Of a stretch of 64,000 nucleotides of DNA, positions 59,015-64,000 are shown in pieces. Under the pieces are notes generated by a model that ran no database searches, was not told the DNA's origin, and was given only the letters and a program-made list of their open reading frames with translations. The position numbers and the translations under genes are program-made. Positions within the stretch are counted from its first letter, which is position 1; each line of letters starts with the position of its first letter. Source of the DNA: an uncultured Chloroflexota bacterium (GTDB taxonomy: Bacteria > Chloroflexota > Limnocylindria > Limnocylindrales > CSP1-4); assembly GCA_947085195.1 (NCBI GenBank), contig CAMTVM010000026.1, positions 627 to 64,626 on the forward strand, given 5' to 3'.

Positions 59015-59181
59015 GCGCCGAGCTGCTGGCCCCGGCGGTCATCGACCTCCCCATCCTCCGCCGCTGGGCGGAGGTTGTCGCGTTCGCCATCGACGCCACC
59101 GAACGCGAGCGGGTGGACGCCCTACTAGAGCTCGCCGAACAGATCGAGGCCGTGCTAGCCAAGTCGGAGCGCGCGGCATGA
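59011..59181 (+). CDS. Hypothetical small protein (56 aa)
   Basis: Not in the track. GTGA overlap with the previous stop and ATGA overlap with the next start. VSAELLAPAVIDLPILRRWAEVVAFAIDATERERVDALLELAEQIEAVLAKSERAA. Confidence 0.3.
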   Translation: MSAELLAPAVIDLPILRRWAEVVAFAIDATERERVDALLELAEQIEAVLAKSERAA

Positions 59182-60473
59182 CCGTCCCGGCCGCGCTGCT
59201 CTCGCCCACCGGACCCGATGGCGTCCGCGTGATCCTTCGCCGCTCGGGCCCGTCCTACGTGGTCGACGTGCCGGACCTGGACGCCCGCCTCACCTTCCGC
59301 GATGTGCGGGCGGACCGCGAGCTGTCGGCGGACGTGTCCGTCAACGTGGCCGACGTGCACGTCCTGCGGACGACCTCGAGCCTCGCCCTGGTGGGCCGGG
59401 ACCGGCTGGCGCGGACCATCCATGACCTCGCGCACAACGCATCGGCGGACCTCTGGCGCCGGGCCGTGTTCGCCGCGACTGAGGCCGTCCTGGAGGCCGA
59501 GGAACGGCTGGGCGGAGGCGTCGACCTCCGCACGGGATCGCTCGGCATGGACGGCCCCGGGTTCGTCCTGGACCCCCTGCAGTCGACCGGACCGGGCGCC
59601 ATCGTCGCCCCCGGCGAGTCCGGCAAGTCGACCATCGCCCGGGCGCTCGCGCTGTCGGTGGCGTCCGGCGCGGAGATCATCCCCGGCGTCCGCCCGACCG
59701 TCCAGGGACCCGTGCTCTACATCGCCGGCGAGGATCCGGTAGCGGCCTGGCACTCCCGGAGCATCGAGGCGATCGCCCGCGGTGCCGGCATCGATCGGCG
59801 GACGATCGCGCACCGGATCACGTTGCAGGACGTGCGCGGGCGGAAGCTGCACCGCATCGGCCGGACGATCGCGGAGATGGCCGCGGATCACGCGCTCGTG
59901 GTTCTCGACTCGCAGCAATCGCTCCTGCCGTCATCCGAGGCCGCCGGGGGCGGGGTCCGGGACCGCGACAGCCTGTTCTTCGATGCCGTCGACGCGATCG
60001 CGCGGCCGGTCCTGATCGTCGCCCACCCGAACCTGACCGGCGCCCGGCGCTGGGAGGAGGCCGATGGCCGCGTCGCCGGCTCCGAAGTCAACCGGGACCG
60101 GCTCCGCATGAGCTGGCGCCTGACCTGGAAGGACGAGCCCGCCGTCGTCGGTACCTCGTTCCGCCGGTTCACCGCCACGTGCACCAAGTACAACAACGGC
60201 CCACGCCCGGCGCCGGTGGCCTTCGCGGCCGCCTGGACGTTCGGCCTTGCCGGCGACCCCGGAACGCTGACGTTCACCGCATCGGCGCCCGTGCTCTCCG
60301 CCCGGGCCGGCCTGTCGCCGGAGCTGGCGGAGGCCCTCGAAGCCTACAAGGCCGGCGTCACGAGCCCGACCCCGCTGGCCCAGCGGCTCGGCGTGCCGGT
60401 CAATACCGCGAAGTCCCGCATCCGGCTCCTTCGGGACCGCGGGCTCCTGGAAGGGGTCACGGGCGATGTGTGA
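59178..60473 (+). CDS. RecA-fold P-loop ATPase, RepA/AAA_25-like, with C-terminal wHTH (candidate replication initiator/helicase)
   Basis: Walker A APGESGKST, Walker B HALVVLDS, C-terminal TPLAQRLGVPVNTAKSRIRLLRDRGLL. Confidence 0.6.
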   Translation: MTVPAALLSPTGPDGVRVILRRSGPSYVVDVPDLDARLTFRDVRADRELSADVSVNVADVHVLRTTSSLALVGRDRLARTIHDLAHNASADLWRRAVFAATEAVLEAEERLGGGVDLRTGSLGMDGPGFVLDPLQSTGPGAIVAPGESGKSTIARALALSVASGAEIIPGVRPTVQGPVLYIAGEDPVAAWHSRSIEAIARGAGIDRRTIAHRITLQDVRGRKLHRIGRTIAEMAADHALVVLDSQQSLLPSSEAAGGGVRDRDSLFFDAVDAIARPVLIVAHPNLTGARRWEEADGRVAGSEVNRDRLRMSWRLTWKDEPAVVGTSFRRFTATCTKYNNGPRPAPVAFAAAWTFGLAGDPGTLTFTASAPVLSARAGLSPELAEALEAYKAGVTSPTPLAQRLGVPVNTAKSRIRLLRDRGLLEGVTGDV

Positions 60474-60563
60474 CCCGGTCATGACCCTATACACCGGATC
60501 AGGTCACGGGTCACAACACCGTAGGTGTGACCCGGTGACCCGGTGGTTTCGTGGCCCGGTCAC
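60455..60563. repeat. Iteron-like cluster of GTGACC/GGTCAC hexamers
   Basis: Perfect copies: GGTCAC at 60455, 60502, 60509, 60558. GTGACC at 60470, 60527, 60535 (the last two as tandem GTGACCCG GTGACCCG), plus ATGACC at 60481. That makes 7-8 copies in 109 bp, straddling the ATPase stop. Confidence 0.6.
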
Positions 60564-60579
60564 GGAAGGAGACGCTGGC

Positions 60580-60765
60580 ATGAGCGCACCGTCCCTGTCC
60601 CGCCACCGATGGCTCGCGGGTCCGTCCGGCGTAGCCTGCACCGTGCCTGCCCGTGGCCGCGTGACCCGGACGGCCTGCGGACGGCCTGCGACTGACGAGC
60701 GGCTGGCCTGGCCGGAGCTGTCACGCTGCCCCCGGTGCCTGGCCGCGCTGGGGCTCGTCCTGTGA
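60580..60765 (+). CDS. Small Cys-containing protein (61 aa), possible zinc ribbon
   Basis: ATG 60580 with GGAGA upstream. Cys at ...GVACTV..., ...TACGRP... and ...RCPRC. Confidence 0.35.
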   Translation: MSAPSLSRHRWLAGPSGVACTVPARGRVTRTACGRPATDERLAWPELSRCPRCLAALGLVL

Positions 60766-60956
60766 CCTCGTTGCCCGGTCGCAGGCCGCTCTCGATTGGC
60801 GGTACCCATGTCCGGCAGACCTCCGGCAAAACCGGGGGCGCCGTGTTGAACCGCCCCTGCCGTGAGCCCGGGTGCCCTGCCGTCACCAGCGGCTCCCGGT
60901 GCCCAGCCCACCGCGGCCCGGCTCCGCGGCGGCCGGCGCGGGGAGCAGGATCGTGA
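60762..60956 (+). pseudogene. Truncated HNH-endonuclease-type ORF (N-terminal Cys cluster only)
   Basis: GTGA overlap with the previous stop. NRPCREPGCPAVTSGSRCPAH resembles the N-terminus of phage HNH endonucleases that precede P27 TerS genes. No intact HNH core was found in any frame in the 270 nt downstream. Confidence 0.3.
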
Positions 60957-60965
60957 CGTGCCGCT

Positions 60966-61003
60966 GGCCCTCCGCCCTGCTGCTGGCCCTCCGCCCTGCT
61001 GCT
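60966..61003. repeat. Perfect 19-bp tandem duplication
   Basis: GGCCCTCCGCCCTGCTGCT occurs at 60966..60984 and again at 60985..61003. Confidence 0.95.
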
Positions 61004-61074
61004 GCCGGCCCACGCGGGTGGAGCCGACGCGCGCGGCGACCCTTCGTGCCGTCCACGCGGAGCAGCGCCGCGAT

Positions 61075-61116
61075 GAAGTCGATCGTCGCCGCGAGGAAGT
61101 CGATCGAGGCCGCGAG
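61075..61116. repeat. Imperfect 21-bp tandem repeat (19/21)
   Basis: GAAGTCGATCGTCGCCGCGAG / GAAGTCGATCGAGGCCGCGAG, preceded by a partial unit ...GCCGCGAT. Confidence 0.9.
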
Positions 61117-61228
61117 GATTCGACCCCAGTGCCCGTCGGGATCTGGCCGGGCCTCACAGGGGCTGACCCAAGCCGAGGCTTACGCACACAAGCGTGGCGT
61201 CCGATGAAGCGATACTCCGGAGGCCCTG

Positions 61229-61555
61229 ATGCCTGAACGCCGACCGCCGCCCGCCCCGGCACACCTCACCGCAGAGGCGAAGGCCCTGTGGCGCTCCGTG
61301 CTCCGGGAGTACCAGCTTGAGGCGCACCACGTCCCGGTGCTCCAGGCCGCCTGCGAGGCCCAGGACCGCATGAACGAGGCCCGCTGCGCGATCGACCGCG
61401 ACGGCGCCTACGTCGAGGGTCGGTTCGGCCTGAAGGCCCACCCGGCGATCGCGGTCGAGCGTGACTCGCGCCTCGCGATGGTGCGGTGTCTCCGCGAGCT
61501 GGGGCTCGACCTCGAGTCCCCTGCAACGTCCCGTCCACCCACGCGCTGGAGGTAG
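61229..61555 (+). CDS. Phage terminase small subunit, P27 family
   Basis: PPPAPAHLTAEAKALWRSVLRE...LQAACEAQDRMNEARCAIDRDG...GLKAHPAIAVERDSRLAMVRCLRELGLDLESP follows the Terminase_4 (P27) pattern. Confidence 0.7.
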   Translation: MPERRPPPAPAHLTAEAKALWRSVLREYQLEAHHVPVLQAACEAQDRMNEARCAIDRDGAYVEGRFGLKAHPAIAVERDSRLAMVRCLRELGLDLESPATSRPPTRWR

Positions 61556-61559
61556 CCCG

Positions 61560-61781
61560 ATGCCGACAAGGATCCGACGACGCCGAACCCGGGATCGCGT
61601 CGAGGCAGCTCCCCCCGCCGCGCTCCTGGCCTACTGGCAGCGAGCCCACGTCCGCTTGCGCCTCCGGATGGCCGCTGGGGACGCCTCCCGCGAGTCGATG
61701 CGGCTCAGGCGGGAGCAGATCGACGACGACGAGTGGCTCGTCGCGGCCGGCCTGGACTGGCGCACGAGGGTGAGCGCATGA
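61560..61781 (+). CDS. Hypothetical protein (73 aa)
   Basis: ATG 61560 is preceded by GGAGG. Arg-rich N-terminus. Confidence 0.35.
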   Translation: MPTRIRRRRTRDRVEAAPPAALLAYWQRAHVRLRLRMAAGDASRESMRLRREQIDDDEWLVAAGLDWRTRVSA

Positions 61782-62020
61782 CGCGGGTGCGCGCTCGCCG
61801 GGCCCGCGATCGGCGCGACGAGTGGGCGTTTGAGCCCGCGGCGGACCTCGCCCGTGGCGTCGATCTCGACCGGTTCACGAGCCCGCTGGCGCGGATCCTG
61901 GCCTCGCAGGCGACCAGGCTGGCGGGCCACGGCGACCTGGCTGCTGCCGTCGCCCGCCTGACCAGCGCCCGCGCCACCGAAGCCGCCCGCCGGGCCCTGG
62001 CAAGCTCGGATCGCCTATGA
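61778..62020 (+). CDS. Hypothetical protein (80 aa)
   Basis: ATGA overlap with the previous ORF. Confidence 0.35.
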   Translation: MTRVRARRARDRRDEWAFEPAADLARGVDLDRFTSPLARILASQATRLAGHGDLAAAVARLTSARATEAARRALASSDRL

Positions 62021-62083
62021 CATGACCCGGACGGCCTGCGGGGCATCCCCCGCATCCCCCCCACCACAACGAGGACCTCAACC

Positions 62084-62527
62084 ATGGAAATCTCGACCGC
62101 CCCCACCTTTGCGAACCGCTCCACTGCGGCCGTCCGCGCGGATGGCTCAGTCGAGCGGCGCGCCGACGGCCTGTGCGGCTGCGGCAAGCCCGCCGCGGCA
62201 CGGGGCAGCCTGTGCGCCACCCACGCGGAGCTGCACCGCCGCAACAAAGCAGCCGAGGCGAAGCGCTTCGCGGCGCTACCGACACCGGCACCGGCAGTCC
62301 GCCGGTTGCGGACCCCGCCGGCCGTGGTGGCGCAGGCGGTCGACACGATCGTCGCCGCCGCCCGTCGCGCAGCCAGCGGCCGGCCATTGGCTGCGCGCAG
62401 CGTCGCGGCCCAGCGCGACCGCTTCCGGCGCCGGTGCGTGGCACCGGCGTGCACCCGGCGGACTGCGGTGAGCAGCCCCCTGCCGTTCTGCGGGCTTCAC
62501 GGCCCGCGCATCCCCTCGACCCAGTAA
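62084..62527 (+). CDS. Hypothetical protein with two Cys...Cys-x2-His clusters
   Basis: GLCGCGKPAAARGSLCATH and RCVAPACTRRTAVSSPLPFCGLH. Confidence 0.4.
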   Translation: MEISTAPTFANRSTAAVRADGSVERRADGLCGCGKPAAARGSLCATHAELHRRNKAAEAKRFAALPTPAPAVRRLRTPPAVVAQAVDTIVAAARRAASGRPLAARSVAAQRDRFRRRCVAPACTRRTAVSSPLPFCGLHGPRIPSTQ

Positions 62528-62540
62528 ACAAGGAGATCCG

Positions 62541-63074
62541 ATGAACCTTCCGAAGCTGCCGACCTGGACCATTGCGCTGCCGACCAACGTCGGCGTCATC
62601 AAGAAGCTGCACCCACCGACCGACAACCGGTCGGCGTACGACGCCCTCGTGGCCTCGGTCGCCGCCGCGAAGGCCGCGATCCCAGAGGCGAAAGCCGCCT
62701 TGGCCTCCGCCACCGCGGCCTACGAGGTCGCCGCCGAGCAGCGCGCGAAGATCTCCGGCCTGCAGGGTCGAGCCCGAGCGGAGGTCGTGGTCCTGCGCCG
62801 AGACCTCGGCCAGCAGCAGCTGGAGGCGTCGCTAGCCGGCACGCCGGGGCCCGACGCGGCGGGCGCCGTCGTGCGCATCGCGGGCCTCGAAGCCCTCGAC
62901 AAGGCGGCCGGCGAGATTCCCGACCGGACGCTGATCCTCCTGGGCGAAAAATCGGACGCCGAGGTGGCCCTGGCCCGAGCGGAGGGCCAGTACGCGCGCC
63001 TTCAGGCCCGGCTGGACGGGAAGTCCCAGCCCGCTGGGCCCGAGCGCGACGGCGAGCGCATTTACTGGGTTTGA
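62541..63074 (+). CDS. Hypothetical Ala-rich coiled-coil protein (177 aa)
   Basis: ATG start, lowest-GC N-terminus in the island. Followed by GC hairpin CCGCCC-CCGC-GGGCGG at 63076..63091. Confidence 0.45.
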   Translation: MNLPKLPTWTIALPTNVGVIKKLHPPTDNRSAYDALVASVAAAKAAIPEAKAALASATAAYEVAAEQRAKISGLQGRARAEVVVLRRDLGQQQLEASLAGTPGPDAAGAVVRIAGLEALDKAAGEIPDRTLILLGEKSDAEVALARAEGQYARLQARLDGKSQPAGPERDGERIYWV

Positions 63075-63254
63075 TCCGCCCCCGCGGGCGGGCCAGGTGG
63101 ACCCTTGACGACGCAGTTACGCTATGGGGGCTCGGTAGTAGACGAGCATCGCGGGAGACCGGCCACGCCGGCCAACCCGCACAGGTAGACTCCATCCGCC
63201 CCTGTCTGACCGCTACTACGGTCCGGCGGGGGCGATGTCTTGGAGGTGGTCACG

Positions 63255-63620
63255 ATGACCACAGCAACGGCAACCGAACGATCACTCGCCTGGCTGGCCA
63301 GGGACGCGGAGGGAGATGTGCCCAGCCGCGAGCGGGTCAAGCTCATCTACCGCGAGGTCGCCGACGGGGCGAACTACAAGACCGCGGCACGGCGGCACGG
63401 TGTCTCGCCGACGTACGTCTCGCTCCTCATGAAGACTCCCCGGCGTGGCCTCGAGGTGGAGTGCTTCGCCGCCCGCATCGCCATTGCCGAGCGCCGAGGC
63501 GATGCCCTGTACACGGTCCTCTCGGATCTCACGGTCCTCTGGCGACAGATCCGCGCCCAGCACCGCGAGATGAGGGACGAGATCGACAGCCTGTTGATCG
63601 ACCGCTGGGCCCTGGCCTGA
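63255..63620 (+). CDS. Hypothetical HTH-containing protein
   Basis: ATG 63255 with GGAGG 8 nt upstream (track start TTG 63240). YKTAARRHGVSPTYVSLLM is an HTH-like segment. Confidence 0.45.
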   Translation: MTTATATERSLAWLARDAEGDVPSRERVKLIYREVADGANYKTAARRHGVSPTYVSLLMKTPRRGLEVECFAARIAIAERRGDALYTVLSDLTVLWRQIRAQHREMRDEIDSLLIDRWALA

Positions 63621-63903
63621 CCGCCGTATCCTCACCCACGCGCCCCTGCTGGTATCCCCCCACCGGCGGGGGCGTCTCTGTGCCCGCGCAGGATGCCCCA
63701 GGACGCCCGCGGGCCCCGTCGGCGGGTCCGAATACCGGCAGATTGCCGCGGTCGCGGGCCTGACTCGCCAGCGGGTGTCGCAGGTGGCAGCTGCGCAAGT
63801 TTACACACCTGAGCGCGGCCCCGTCCTCGGGGCTGACAACAAGGTCTACGCCCCGCGCGTGGTGCAGGCCGTCGTCATCGACACGCCGCCGGTCGTGTCC
63901 ATC

Positions 63904-64000
63904 CGTGTCATCGCACAGGCGTGCCGGCCGTGGCGTCGTGGTCCCGCTGCTGGCCGAGACCAACTGGTCCAACCGGCAGATTGCCGCGGTCGCAGGGGTC
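63904..64000 (+). CDS. HTH protein, 5' part only (runs off window)
   Basis: GTG 63904 gives ...VVVPLLAETNWSNRQIAAVAGV, a typical HTH first helix-turn. Incomplete. Confidence 0.3.

Larger units (their letters stand above)
57112..64000 (+). mobile_element. Integrase-led integrative island (phage satellite-like or prophage remnant); right end beyond window
   Basis: All ORFs are co-oriented and many are start/stop-overlapped. Contents: tyrosine integrase, HTH, Rep-like ATPase, iterons, HNH-type remnant, P27 TerS, small hypotheticals. It lies adjacent to a tRNA gene. Boundaries are not defined in-window. Confidence 0.6.

Noticed and set aside
60455-60563. CRISPR array interpretation of the GTGACC repeats.
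   Set aside because: The units are 6-13 nt, irregularly spaced and in both orientations. There are no 25-40 nt repeats with unique spacers and no cas genes.
63105-63141. TTGACG at 63105 as a -35 element for the 63255 gene.
   Set aside because: No acceptable -10 hexamer lies at 16-19 nt spacing; TATGGG is at 12 nt and TAGTAG at 25 nt.

Overview
High-GC (~70%) bacterial chromosome segment, read by eye from the sequence and the ORF track; no searches were run. Most of it is conserved housekeeping DNA. It carries hflX-miaA-miaB, tgt-recA-recX-rny-ymdB, yebC-ruvC-ruvA-(pseudogene)-ruvB, and a his operon (TrpR-like regulator-hisG-D-C-B-H-F-IE) chained by 1-4 nt overlaps, with hisA divergent. It also carries tyrS, a class A PBP, cvpA-mpg-mutS2, thrS-infC-rpmI-rplT-pheS-pheT, an EF-G paralog, an ABC exporter, VanW, rocD and dodecin. 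The Firmicutes-like synteny (recA/rny/ymdB, pheST/cvpA/mutS2) plus a T-box leader on thrS suggests a deep-branching high-GC lineage such as basal Actinobacteriota or Chloroflexota, but taxonomy cannot be settled here. There are two accessory patches. (1) At 11.7-14.7 kb lies a toxin-antitoxin island with three intact PIN-type modules, a decayed Doc and a decayed PIN. (2) From 57.1 kb to the window end, an integrase-led island sits beside tRNA-Val(GAC). It has int, an HTH protein, a RecA-fold Rep-like ATPase, a dense GTGACC/GGTCAC iteron cluster, a truncated HNH-type ORF and a P27-family small terminase. No large terminase or structural genes follow in the next 2.4 kb. This is the best candidate for something new: a PICI-like phage satellite or a decayed prophage. 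Other points are a canonical T-box antiterminator/terminator upstream of thrS, likely non-canonical starts for miaA (CTG) and infC (ATC), a glycosyltransferase pseudogene inside the ruv operon, and a small basic ORF upstream of recA. Many long Arg/Pro/Gly-rich antisense ORFs in the track are high-GC shadow ORFs and are not called.
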